A DNA stretch of 64,000 nucleotides, taken from positions 186,001-250,000 of the forward strand of contig JAIVFI010000022.1 of NCBI GenBank assembly GCA_025558095.1, read 5' to 3'. Of the stretch, positions 32,388-43,268 are shown piece after piece. The stretch is from Hyaloraphidium curvatum SAG 235-1. Taxonomy: Eukaryota > Fungi > Monoblepharomycota. Below the pieces are notes generated by a model. It did no database searches and was not told where the DNA came from. It saw only the letters and a program-made list of their open reading frames with translations. The number at the start of each line of letters is the position of its first letter. The stretch's first letter is position 1. The position numbers were made by a program, and so were the translations under genes.

Positions 32388-33583
32388 ATGCCGCCGAGCG
32401 GGTCGTCCGAGGCGGCGCACGCCAACGGCAGTGACAAAGCGGCAGAGGACAATCTCGTCTACAAGGCGCAGACGCCCTCTCCCGCCGAGTACATCGCTTT
32501 CGGCTCGCGGGAGACGGATGCCACAGGCCACGTTACGGCCGTTCCCGAGTTCATTCCCAGGCCGCCTACCTTTCCCTCGTTGCTGGAGGTGCGCAAGGAC
32601 AGACTCAACAAGCTCGCAGCCGGGTTCCGTGTCTTTGGGAAGCAGGGCTGGGGCTTCGGCAACAACGGCCATATCTCCGTCCGCGACCCCATCAAGGACG
32701 GCTGCTTTTGGATGAACCCGTGGGCCTGTAGGCGTTGTAGATGGGTCTGGAGCTCACCGCTTGGCGGTCAGATACGGCGTGCCTTTCTCGAAGATGAAGG
32801 TCTCGGACCTCGTGCTCGTGAATGGGGAAGGGGACGTCATCTACGGCCGCTATCCCACCGTCAACCCGGCCGGCTGGGCCATTCACCACTCGTACGTACC
32901 TCTGCCTGGTGGATCATGTCAAGATCCTGAGTGCCCTTTCCCTCTTTCCAGGCTGCACCTGGCGCGTTCCAACGTCATCTCCGCCGCGCACGCGCACACG
33001 CCCGACGGCACCGCCTTCTCGGCCTTCGGCATCCCGCTCATCCCCTACGCCCAGGACTCGGCGGCCATCTACGAGCGCCACGTCGTGTTCGACGGCATGC
33101 CGCTCATCGGCGACACGGTCGAGGCGGGCAAGATGGCTGCGCTGCTGGGCGAGAAGAATGTCGTGATCCTCGCCAGGAATCGTGGGTCGTCCCCGGACCG
33201 TTTGGCTGCCGAATATCTGATTGTGGGCTAGACGGCCTGTTTACCGTCGGCGAGACTGTCGAGGAGGCCCTCTGGTGGTTCATTCGTGAGCACTTCCCCA
33301 AGGAGCTTGGTTTGGCCTTTTTGACAACCACCTACGCCAGTCACCGAGCGAGTCTGCGCCTACCAGCTGCGGATCATGTCGGCGTCCGCCAAGCAGGCGC
33401 CCGTTCCGGTGCCGCACGACATCGCGGTCAAGAGCCGGGACGGCGGGCTTGCGGGGCCTTTGGCGGGTTACTTTGGATTCGTGCCGCACTACGCGTGGGT
33501 AGCCAGTCGCGGGGCTTGTTTTTCCGGAGCTGATCAATTCCCACAGGGAGATTGTCGCCGAGCAGCCCGACCTTCTCGAGTAA
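32388..33583 (+). CDS. Class II aldolase/adducin-family protein (multi-exon)
   Basis: GHISVRDP...FWMNP|YGVPFS...SDLVLVN...NPAGWAIHHS|LHLAR...AAHAHTPDGTAFS; ends EIVAEQPDLLE*. Confidence 0.88.
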
Positions 33584-33704
33584 GGCTGGACATGATTTCT
33601 GAGTTAGTGTTGGAGGACCAAGACTTTGGCGAGGATGAATCGGAGTAGAAGATAGATGTTGGCCACGCCCGTGAATGTCTATAGAAGTGCTTTGTTGCCA
33701 ACGA

Positions 33705-35155
33705 TTACGCCTCGAGCTTCGGGTGCACCTTGTGGAACTCGGTCGCTCCCTGGAAAGCATGGCCGGCCTTGAGCACCGTCCCGTCCGCCCACCTCGCGCC
33801 CACGATCTGGAACCCGATCGGCCCGTCCGCCGTCATCCCGCACGGCAGCGTGAGGCACGGCAGACCCGTCATGTCGATCGGCGACGTGTGCATGACCACC
33901 TCCGCCAGGTCCACGGCGGGAGCGTCGTGAGCAAAGGCTGAGGCGGGAAGGGTGTCGCCGGGGAGCACGGGGAGCACGAGCACGTCGCACTGGGCGAACA
34001 GGGCGTCGAACTGCCCGCGCAGGTCGGCGCGGAGGATGTCGGCCTTGGCGACGGCGGTGCAGGGAATCATGGGCGCCAGCTCGAGGGTCGACTTGAGGGG
34101 TCCGTACTCGGATGCGCGCGAAGGGAAGGTGTCCTCGTGGACGGCAGCACATTCGGCGACGCAAAGGGGTTCCCAGGCCTTGGAAGCGGCGAGCATGTCG
34201 GGGAGGGTAATGTCCACCGTGGTCCCGCCGAGCGAGGTGAGCGTCTTCACGGCGGCATCGAGGGCTTGCTGCGTGGCCGGGCCGGTCTTTGCCAGGACGT
34301 TCTTGTCGATGCCGATCTTCAGCCCCTTGATGCCGCCCGCGAGCTGGCCGACGTAGTCCGGAACGGCGTCGAGAACCGCCGTCGGATCGTCCGGGTCCGG
34401 TCCGGCAATGGCACCGAGCACGGCGGCGCAGTCCTCGGCGGTGCGGCACATGGGTCCAATGTGGTCCAGGGTGGGGGAAAGCGCAAAGACGCCGGCGCGG
34501 GAGACGCGGCCCCAGGTGGGCTTGTGGCCCGTGAGGCCGTTCATGTTTGACGGGAAGCGGATCGAGCCGCCTGCATGTTCGTCAGTTAGGGCTCGTAACT
34601 CGCAATCGAACGACAGAACGAACCCGTGTCACTCCCAAGCGATGCGTAGCACAATCCCGCCGCGGTGGCGACGCCCGATCCGCTCGACGACGCTCCGCTC
34701 CAGGTCTTGGGATTCCACGGGTTCACGGGCACTTTGTTCTCGTGGTGGTGCCTCGCCAGGGCACCCTCGGTGAGCTGCAGCTTGCCCACGATCACGGCGC
34801 CGGCTTCCTTGAGCTTGCGCACGACACCCGAGTCTTTCGCCGCCACATGATCCTTCCTGACGAGCGGCATGCCCGCGAGGGTCGGGACGCCGGCGACATC
34901 GCAAAGGTCCTTGACGGCCACGGGAACACCGTGAAGCGGGCCGCGGGACTTTCCAGCCTTGAGCTCCGCGTCGGCAGCGCGAGCATCGGCCAGAGCGGAA
35001 TCGGCAAGGACCTTGGCGTAGCTGTGCAGCTTCGCATCATGCTTGGAGATTCGGTCGAGCAGGTCGTGCGTGGCGGCTTCGGAGGTTATCTTGCCGGCGG
35101 CGATGCGGCGGCCGAGCTCGACGGCAGGCAGAAAGGCTAGGTCGTCGGACGACAT
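33705..35155 (-). CDS. Amidase signature (AS) family amidase
   Basis: GPLHGVPVAVKDL, GASSSGSG and GSDTG|GSIRFPS...GHKPTWGRVSR (Ser-cisSer-Lys triad); intron 34571-34623. Confidence 0.93.
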
Positions 35156-35335
35156 CGCTAATCGGAAATAGAGCTTCTGAATACGGTTACTCAATCGACG
35201 ATTCGCATTCAAGGCCCGGCATGCGTACCTTTGTACCTTTCGAGGTGTCTCCCAGACCTGATTGCCGCCGTGGACGGGCGGCCGATCAGCTTCGATCGCG
35301 ACACGATCCGTCGCCCTGCAACCTCATAGGCAACG

Positions 35336-36637
35336 ATGCGGACTTTATTTCATCTCAATCTATTTGCGGAGGCCATCTGTAGAATCCGACCTCCTCCGGT
35401 TCCCGCGATCGCCGGCTTGAGGCCTTCCTGGGCCTCGCTGTCTCCCGCGTCGCTTTACCGGTCGCTGGGCCCTCTGCGAAGCGAGTTTATTGTTGCAAGT
35501 GGCGCTTGCACGGCGAGCAAGCGGCATTTCGTAGTGCGGTTGGGCTCTGTGCGGCAAGTTGGCGGATCCGTCGTAGACCTGAGGCCACCTGTTCGTCTGG
35601 CGAGCACGGAGGCCAACTCTGCTCCCCCGGCGCTATCTCCTTCGTCGGCTGCAGCTTCTCCTTCCTCAGTCCCGCACGATGTCATCGCCTCCTCGTCTTT
35701 CCTCACCCCGCCGGAAGCCACCGCCTACCTCCTGAGCTCCTCGCACGCCAAGTGCTCCCGACCCCCGGGCACAACCTTCCTCGCCTCCTTTTTGGGCGGC
35801 GCGTACCTCGCTTTCGGCGGCATGCTGAGCCTGGTGGTCGCTGGCGGCTGTGCAGGCTTGCTGCCGCCGGGCCTGGTGACCCTGCTCGGCGCGGCCGTGT
35901 TCCCCGTCGGACTGTCCATGATTGTCTTTAGCGGGACTGATCTGCTGACGGGGAACATGATGTACGGGACGGTGCCGCTGCTGAACCTCACGGGAGAGCA
36001 GCTGCGCGGGGAAGAGGGCGCCAAGGCGGGCGGGGAGCTGGCCAGGATCCTGTGGTTCAGCTTCCTCGGGAACCTGGTCGGCAGCGCCTTCCTTGCCCTT
36101 GCTTTGGGAGCTTACGGCGGAGTGGCGGAGAACGCGGCCGTCGCGGCCTGGGTTTCGAAGCTGGCGGCCAAGAAATGCGCTCTGCCGTGGTTCACGGCTT
36201 TCGCCAGGGGCGTTGGAGCCAATTGGGTGAGCTCTGTTCCATCGGAGTAGGCAATTCGCTGGCTGAAACTTGGCTCCGCAGCTCGTTTGCTTGGCCGTCT
36301 ACATGTCAATGTGCTCCAGGACAGCAGGCGGAAAGATCGCCTCGCTGTGGCTGCCCATAATGACCTTTGTCGCCCTGGGATTCGGTAAGCCGTGGTTTGC
36401 CCGCCTCAACTCCTCGTCTGACTCTGCAACCGTCCAGAACACTCCGTCGCCAACATGTTCACCATCCCGCTCGGCATGTACCTGACGAGCGGCACCCCGG
36501 ACGCCCTCGGCGTCGCGGACCTCTTCGGCAACCTCGTCCCCGTCATTGCCGGCAACATGGTCGGGGCCGCGTTGTTCGTAGGGTGGGGACAGTGGCGGCT
36601 GACGATGGGGGCGAGGAAGCTGGCCCGGAAGCTATAG
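35336..36637 (+). CDS. Formate/nitrite transporter (FNT) family channel with N-terminal extension
   Basis: FPVGL...GTDLLTGN, GNLVG, GVGANW|LVCLAV, FVALGF|EHSVANMF and GNMVG motifs; two introns (about 36227-36281 and 36385-36437). Start codon uncertain. Confidence 0.9.
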
Positions 36638-36662
36638 ATTCGCAATCTACAGGCAGATGTCT

Positions 36663-37774
36663 TCACTTTGCAGACCCCAGCCGCAAGTTGTTGAGCCGTG
36701 CCCTGTCCACCTGGGCCTGGGGGTTCCATGGCACAGTAGGGGCAGCACCTGTCCCACTGCAAAAGGGGCATGGCAAGCGGGGCCTGGCACCAGGCGCACT
36801 CACGGCCCTTTGCGCCGCCTCGGAGCAGCTCCTGACACCTTTCCGCGCGGCCAGAAAAGGGGCCGGAGATCGCGTCCTTCACGTTCAGCGCTTCCAGCTC
36901 GGAAAGAAGATGGCCCAGGTCGGGATCGTTGGGAAACTGCTTGAGGCCGTCCTTCAGGTGCATTTTGGCACGCGGGAGGTCGCCGTAGCCGAGGTAGCCC
37001 CTCGCCCGCCGGTGCCAAGCTTTCTTGGATTCGGGATCCAGCATCGAGGCCTTGCCGGCATCCTGGACAACGTCGACAAATAGGAGGTAGGCCTCCTTGC
37101 TCATCGCTCCCTCCTTCGTCTCTTCGGCGATGGCCAGCTTCAGCTTGGCCGCCGCCATGTTGTTGAACCCCCGCGCGTCCTGCATGTGTGCCAGCGACCC
37201 CTCGTACAGCTCCAGCGCCTTTTTGGTAACGTTACCCTTGCGGAACTCCTCGTTTCCTTGCTCGCGGAGCTTTCCTGCCGCTTCGCGGCGCGCCGATCCT
37301 TTCGACCGCGTCTTGTTCTCCTCCTCCTTCAGCCGTTCGACCAGCTTCAGGCGCGACGGATGGTCCTTCGGGGGCCCCTTTATGAACGGCCCTTCCTGCC
37401 GCCCTGCGGAGCGCTGAATAGCCCCATCTGTCCGGAACGTCCACCCTCGCCCCGCGGTCCAGCAGCAGCTCCGCCACGTCGGGCGAGTAGAAGCAGCCCA
37501 GGATCAGCGGCGTCTCGGCCATCTTGTTCTTGGCCTCGATGTCGGCGCCCCTGTCCAGCAGCAGCTCCGCGCAGGCGCGCGCGTCGTAGAAGGCGCAGAG
37601 GTGGAGGAGGGTGAACGTGTCCTCGTCCCGGTCGTCGATGGCGCGGAGGCCGCCGTCGTCGAGGAGCGCGGCGAGGGCGGCGGCGTCGCCGGCGCTGACG
37701 GCTTCGCGCATTCGGGCGGCGACGGCGGCGCGCGACAACGGTTTGGAGGAGGAGGAGGATTTTTTCGGAGGCAT
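36663..37774 (-). CDS. Ankyrin-repeat + TPR protein with C-terminal CxxC...CPxC zinc-binding motif; frameshift(s)
   Basis: TLLHLCA...LLLDRGADIEAKNKMAETPL (ankyrin); LREQGNEEFRKG...ALELY...KAWHRRARGY (TPR); CAWC...CPYC. Frame change near 37400, probably also near 36722. Confidence 0.72.
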
Positions 37775-37939
37775 ACTCGGCCGGGATTCGGTGGACCAAC
37801 GATTCGGAATGGACAAGAAGGAGGTGCGACACAAACGATCCACGGTTCCGTTAAGTTGACGCTGGCCGAAACCGCGCAGGCAGCCTTTTGAAGAGGCAGG
37901 ACAACTTAAGGGTCGTAAGGGAATCTTTACAGCATCGCC

Positions 37940-38774
37940 ATGTCCTGGACGCCCGGCTGCGGCCGCCCGCGGCGGTGGGACCTCATGACCTCCTCCGAAA
38001 TCGGCGCGATGGTGTCCTCCGGCATGGACTGCGCGGTGCTGCCCGTCGGCGCGACGGAGCAGCACGGCGCACATCTCGCCACGGGATGCGATACGCTCAG
38101 CCCCGAAAGCGTGGCGTGGCTGGCGAGCGCGCGGACGGGGGTGCCGGTGCTGCCCGCGATCCCGTATGGAATCTCGGTCGGGCACAGGCCCGGGACGGGG
38201 GGCTGGCCGGGGACAATCACGGTTTCGTGCGAGACGCTGATCAGGCTCGTCGTCGGTGGGTCTCTGGTCCTGCTGCACGCGTCTCCGCGCGTCTCACTGG
38301 CCTCCAGAGGTGGCACGCGGCGCCGTCGCTTCCGGAATCACGCGCCTGATCTTCCTCAACGGGAACGGCCCCAACGTTCCGCCCCTGGAGTGCGCGCGGA
38401 TCCAGCTCCGCGGCGAGTTCCCCGATGGCCGGTTCCGGGTTATCTCCCTTTTCGACCTCTCGCAGCGCGTTCAGAGGCACTACTTCTCGGACGCCCTGGA
38501 CATCCACGCCAACCGCGGCGAGACCTCCCTGCTCATGCACCTCGTGCCCGAAGCGGTGCGGCCCGAGCTGGTCGTGGACGAGGACGACGTGACGCCCGAC
38601 CTGGTGTTTTCCTACGACATGCTGAGGACGACCAGGTCCGGGGTCGTGGGGAAGGCGAGGGAGGCGAGCGCCGAAGACGGCAAGGTGCTCGCGGACATGC
38701 TGGTGGACGACTTTGCGGCGCTGCTGGAGCGGGCCGTCAAGGAGGAGTGGCCGAAGCCGCCGGGACCAAAGTGA
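37940..38774 (+). CDS. Creatininase/creatinine amidohydrolase-family protein
   Basis: LPVGATEQHGAHL...D, YGISVGH...PGTI, LNGNGPN and HANRGETS; intron about 38256-38307. Confidence 0.88.
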
Positions 38775-39025
38775 ACCGGGGTGGGAGAGGGCGAGAGAGT
38801 GTGGACTAATATACCGGCCCCTTGGAGGAGCGGTTCGGGCTCCCCCCCCTGTTCGCCGGCCCAGACTGTCGGAGTGCACGATTTTCTATTGTTTCCGGTC
38901 CACGAAACGGCATTGTGGGGCAGCCCGGGGGCAGCAAACAGCCGGGAGTCGGGGCGAGCCCCTGCCTCGACTTTGCCTCTTTTGACGGTTCCGCGCACCC
39001 GGTCGCGCCCAAACACACCTCCAAA

Positions 39026-40069
39026 ATGTTCCGGTTCCTCGGCGCGGCGCTGCAGGTTATCGGGCTGAACCGGGCGCAGAAGGAAACGGAGGTTGCGGAG
39101 GGTGGCGAGGACGCGGGCGAGGCGGCCGAGGTCGCGGACGCCGTCGAGGAGGAGGTCGTCGCCGAGGAGGTCGCCGTCGTCGTCACGCCGCCCGAGGAGC
39201 CCGAGGAGAAGCCGAAGGCGAAGGGCCGAGCGAAGCCCAAGAAGGAGGAGAAGGAGGCGTCGCCGCCGAAGGCGAAGGAGGAGCTGAAGCCGCCGCCGCG
39301 CAAGGGCCGCGCGAGCAGGAGCCCGTCGCCGGCGAAGCCCGAGGAGCCAAAGCCGCGCTCGCCCGCCCGCGGCAAGAAGGCTGCCGAGGTCGAGAAGGAG
39401 GAGCCGAAGCCGGAGCCCAAGTCGGGCCGCAAGGGCCGCAAAACCCCGGCAAAGGCGGCCACCCCCGAGCCCGAGGAGGAGGAGGAGGGTGGGTTGCCCT
39501 GCTCTCCTGCCCCTTTGATTTCTTTGCTCATATCGCCCTTATTGGCAGACGCCTCGTTCGCCCCTTCGCCCGGCGAGGCCGCCAAGAAGCGCAAGTCGGG
39601 CGGGACCCCCGCTAAGGCCGAGCCCACGCCGAGCAAGAAGGCCCGCACGTCCGAGCGGCAGCGCGCCCCGGCAAACAAGTGGGACGACGACGAGATCAAG
39701 GCGCTCGAGGCCGGCGTCAAGAAGTGGGTTGCGCGGGCTCGCTTCGGCCGAACCGTTTTGACAGGTGCCTGCCCCCCTTCGTCTTCGACCCGCGATCGCA
39801 TTCGCTCCCTCCTGCTTTAACTCATCGCCATCTCTGCACTTTTCTCCTTCCATCTTGCTGCCCCTCGCCTCTTCTCTCCGCACTCTACTCCCTCCGACCC
39901 TCCCTCCAGGCACGGCTCCGCCTGGATCCGCATCCTCTCCGACCCCGCCTTCGCGCACACCCTCCGGGGCCGCACCAACGTGCAGCTCAAGGATCGCGCC
40001 CGGATCGAGAAGAAGCACGCGATCGAGCGGGACGGCGACCCGGGGGTGTGGGCGTGCGCGAGCAACTAG
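39026..40069 (+). CDS. Myb/SANT (telobox-type) DNA-binding protein with long Lys/Glu/Pro-rich N-terminus
   Basis: KWDDDEIKALEAGVKK|HGSAWIRIL...LRGRTNVQLKDRAR resembles the TRF/telobox LKDKxRN motif; SPxR/TPxK sites; introns about 39489-39548 and 39724-39909. Confidence 0.8.
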
Positions 40070-40260
40070 CACCCCGCGTGCCCGCGGGAGAAAGGACTTT
40101 TGCGGCCGGGCAGGGACCGGCGGATTCTTGTGGACGCCGGTGATGGCGGGTGTAGATAGACCGCCGCGGGCGGCAATGTTTGCCTAGCTAATCGCGTAAT
40201 CGTAACGTTCGAAGCTGCCTCGACTGAATCACAACGAAGACCCGAAAGACCGTCGGATTC

Positions 40261-41080
40261 ATCAAGGCCCTTTGCCATCACGATTTTCCGCAAGCAGACC
40301 CTTTTTCCGAAACAGATGCCGCCCCGAGTCTCCGGCATTGTTCCTTGTGCCTCGGTCAGTCCAAGACTTGGCACTTCCGCGAACAGTAGTGCACGGATTT
40401 GCAGCAAGAACAGCGCTGAAACTCCGTCTTTGGATCCGATGATAGCATTCGGCATGTCGCACACCTTGTGTTGCACGCGAGGTGATTCTCAAAGGCCGTG
40501 TCGCGACCACCCAAAAGGTGGGTCCCTTTCACCAGGCCGTGCTCCGCCACCGACGATTTTGTTTCGAGTGCGATGCGGCAGGTCTCCTTGGTACAGCGAG
40601 GAAACACTTACACGCTCGCGATCTGCGTGCCGTCGGCCATGTAGCCCGCGGCGGCGCTGGAGCAATGCTTGGAAGGATCGGCCTCGGCGAACGATGCGCA
40701 CTGGTACTCGCTGCCCGGTTTGCGGATGGATTCCAACGTGATCGAGAAAACGATGTCCTCGAGGGCACGGTGGCTTTGGTCCCTGGAGCCTCCACTCCGC
40801 CCTCCAGTGACGTGTAGGGGAAACCTTCCTGCACGACAGGGTACCGGCCGGTGGCTCCTGCGAGGCAGCAAAGGCGCAAGACCAGTCGTCGTTATGTCGA
40901 TGGAAGGAACTTCACGGCTGCTGCAGAAGATATGGTTTGTCGGGGTGTGCGCGCAGGCCGATTCGCCGGGCCTCTATGACGAGCAGCAAACCGCGAGCGA
41001 CACGTCATCCAATCCAACTACTTTCAAACAGAAATCATCCCCGGCATATCCTCTCCCGGAGCCATACCAGAGAAACATCA
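40261..41080 (-). pseudogene. MYND zinc-finger pseudogene
   Basis: CATC...FQRCSCCKSVHYCSRKCQVLD*PRHKEQC: the conserved Trp of D-W-x-x-H-K is TGA (40356-40358). Upstream frames are broken and the 5' limit is uncertain. Confidence 0.7.
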
Positions 41081-41248
41081 TGAAACATTGTACCAGCTGC
41101 CATTATTTGGCCACGACGCCCAGGAAAAAGAGGCTTCCGCGGTTCCGCGGATGCCGCAGACGCGAGAGGCTTTCTCGCCTCCACCATATATAAACTAAAC
41201 ACTTCCGGCCATCACCTCATCTCCCCCGCAACCACCAAGAAAGCAGAA

Positions 41249-41890
41249 ATGTCCGACCCCAACGCGTACGTTCTTGACTTATCGACGTTCCCGCCCTGCC
41301 ACTCACCCTCTCGCCGTGCCAGCCCTGGCCTCGCGTCGCGCCTCGCCTCGGGCCTCGCCTCGGGCCTCCACAGCATCAGCGACACGGTCCAGAACGCCCT
41401 CAGCGGCGGCGGCGAAGCAGATGACCGCATCGCAAGGGGCATGTCGACCACGGCCGGGCCCAACACAGACGCGTCGCGGTTCACGGGAACTTCGGGCGGA
41501 GCCGTGGGCGGCAGAGACGTGAGCGACGTGCCCAGCGCTGGTCCGGTGCGTTCATCAACACGCACTTGCACTATCCGAATGCTTATTTTCTGCTCTCGCC
41601 AAGGACGCCGTTGCCGGACCCGGCGCCGTGGCTCCTGCGCCTCCGACCGCCACCCCCGAGCAGGCGCAGAAGAACAGGGAGGAGCGGGAGTTCAAAGACT
41701 CTCCCGTCGCCGTGCTGGGGAGCGGTGAGCATGTGCCGGCGACCGGTGGGACGAACGAAGTGGGCGAGCCGATGATCAGGGCCGAAGGAAAGGTGTGTGA
41801 TCTTCGGTTTGGGGCGTGCGGGATGGCGTACTGAAGCTGACCCACATTCTGATCCAGGACTGGAGGGCCAGCCCGACTACGCACTCGTGA
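41249..41890 (+). CDS. Small hydrophilic Gly/Ala-rich protein (multi-exon, unknown function)
   Basis: GT-AG introns join SGLHSISDTVQNAL..., DAVAGPG...QKNREEREFKDSP... and DWRASPTTHS*. No known domain recognised. Confidence 0.55.
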
Positions 41891-41996
41891 GAGGGTAGAA
41901 TGGGCCAGAAATCAGACGAACTGCGCGACGTTGTCTTTGTTCTTCCAATCCATTTATCATCTCATTGCACTCAGTTGCACCGTGCCAAAGATAGCT

Positions 41997-43160
41997 TCAC
42001 TTCATTGCTAACCAGCTCAGCGCCACGGCCAAGCTCGTGGCCACGTTCAAGCTGTCGCTGCCCTCGCTCATAGGGATCCTCACTTTGACGTCGGCCCTCT
42101 CCAGCGTTGGCTTCTGCAGCCCCGGCCCTTCCGCCCCCAGGATGATCGCAATCTTCCTCGGGGTCCGGCGCAGATCCGCGGAAAGATCACGGATGTCCAC
42201 GGCCGAGGGGTGCGGCGTCATCGCGATCGTCAGGAAGCCCGCGCGCTTGATCGCCTCCAGGTCGTCGTCGCTCTCGGTTGGCGGGGCAATTGGGGAAGAG
42301 GCGGCGGCGAAGGCGTCCGGGTCGATGTTGGGGTGCAAAGATCCCGCCGCAAGGCCGCGGAAATAGAGGTCCGATGCCGCGTAGAGGGAAGGATCGGCGC
42401 CGTACTGCCCCACGGCAGGATCGGCGGCCGCGAGTTCGTCCATCTCGCCTTCGTCAGCCAACGCTTTGGCATCGTCCGGATGCGGCGAAACAGGCGCCCG
42501 GCCGGCTTGCCCGTCGTGGGAACGTCGCCGGCCGGAGGGTTTGGCGCCCCAGTGCGTGGGCCAGTTGTTCAGCACGCCAAAAGGAACTCGCAGGGCGTGT
42601 CCGACGCTGACCCTGAGAGCCTTCCGGTATAATGGGTGGCAGGAGTCCCGCGTGAGCAGAACGGCGGCCTCGCTGCAGTCCACGAAGCAGGCCAGATTGC
42701 GAAAGACTGAGCCGACATTGTCCATGTTTATGACGCGGTCGCAGACCACCACCACGCGGGCACTCGACAGCACATCCTCCAAAGGCAGCGGAGAAGGCAC
42801 TTTGGCAGCCGCCAGCACGCCCCGGTGAAAGTTGAAACCAGAGAGCTTCTCGAGGTCCGGAGCAGGGCACACGTAGACGGGCACCCGCGCTCGAGACCTC
42901 CTCCCCAGCAAGTCCAGTGCTCCACGCAGTTTGTCCCTGTGGTGCGGCGTGACCACGACAGCCGTTACGTCGAACGGCGAGGCAATGAGGTGCCGCACGA
43001 CCGTCTCGCCCTCGGCGACGAAGACCGCCGCCGCTCCGCGCTGTTCGGCCAGCCGAAGCCGAGCATCCTTCAAATCCCGGAACGGCGCCAGCCGAGCATC
43101 GTCCCCATTCACGTCGATCAGCTCCACGCCGGCTCCGTTTGCCGGAGCAGGCGAGTTCAT
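41997..43160 (-). CDS. SpoU/TrmH-family (SPOUT) RNA 2'-O-methyltransferase with ~100-aa insertion
   Basis: FVAEG, GFNFHRGVLA, NMDNVGSVFRN, PLYRKALRVSVG, LGAEGPGL and RIPM...SLNVA motifs; start MNSPAP at 43160. Confidence 0.9.
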   Translation of the reverse strand: MNSPAPANGAGVELIDVNGDDARLAPFRDLKDARLRLAEQRGAAAVFVAEGETVVRHLIASPFDVTAVVVTPHHRDKLRGALDLLGRRSRARVPVYVCPAPDLEKLSGFNFHRGVLAAAKVPSPLPLEDVLSSARVVVVCDRVINMDNVGSVFRNLACFVDCSEAAVLLTRDSCHPLYRKALRVSVGHALRVPFGVLNNWPTHWGAKPSGRRRSHDGQAGRAPVSPHPDDAKALADEGEMDELAAADPAVGQYGADPSLYAASDLYFRGLAAGSLHPNIDPDAFAAASSPIAPPTESDDDLEAIKRAGFLTIAMTPHPSAVDIRDLSADLRRTPRKIAIILGAEGPGLQKPTLERADVKVRIPMSEGSDSLNVATSLAVALSWLAMK

Positions 43161-43268
43161 TGTGGTCTCCGCGTTAGCGTCGCTTTGTTTACATCTCCAG
43201 TCACCCCGCGTAAAGGTGTTGCTACTGTAGCTGCACTCGCCCGCTGAACAGTGGACGATAACGCCCCG

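Noticed and set aside
40356-40358. TGA recoding to Trp or Sec
   Set aside because: TGA terminates many neighbouring genes and the rest of this locus is also degraded.
32276-43268. Special significance of very short divergent promoters (about 110-180 bp)
   Set aside because: They occur repeatedly in the window and reflect general genome compaction.
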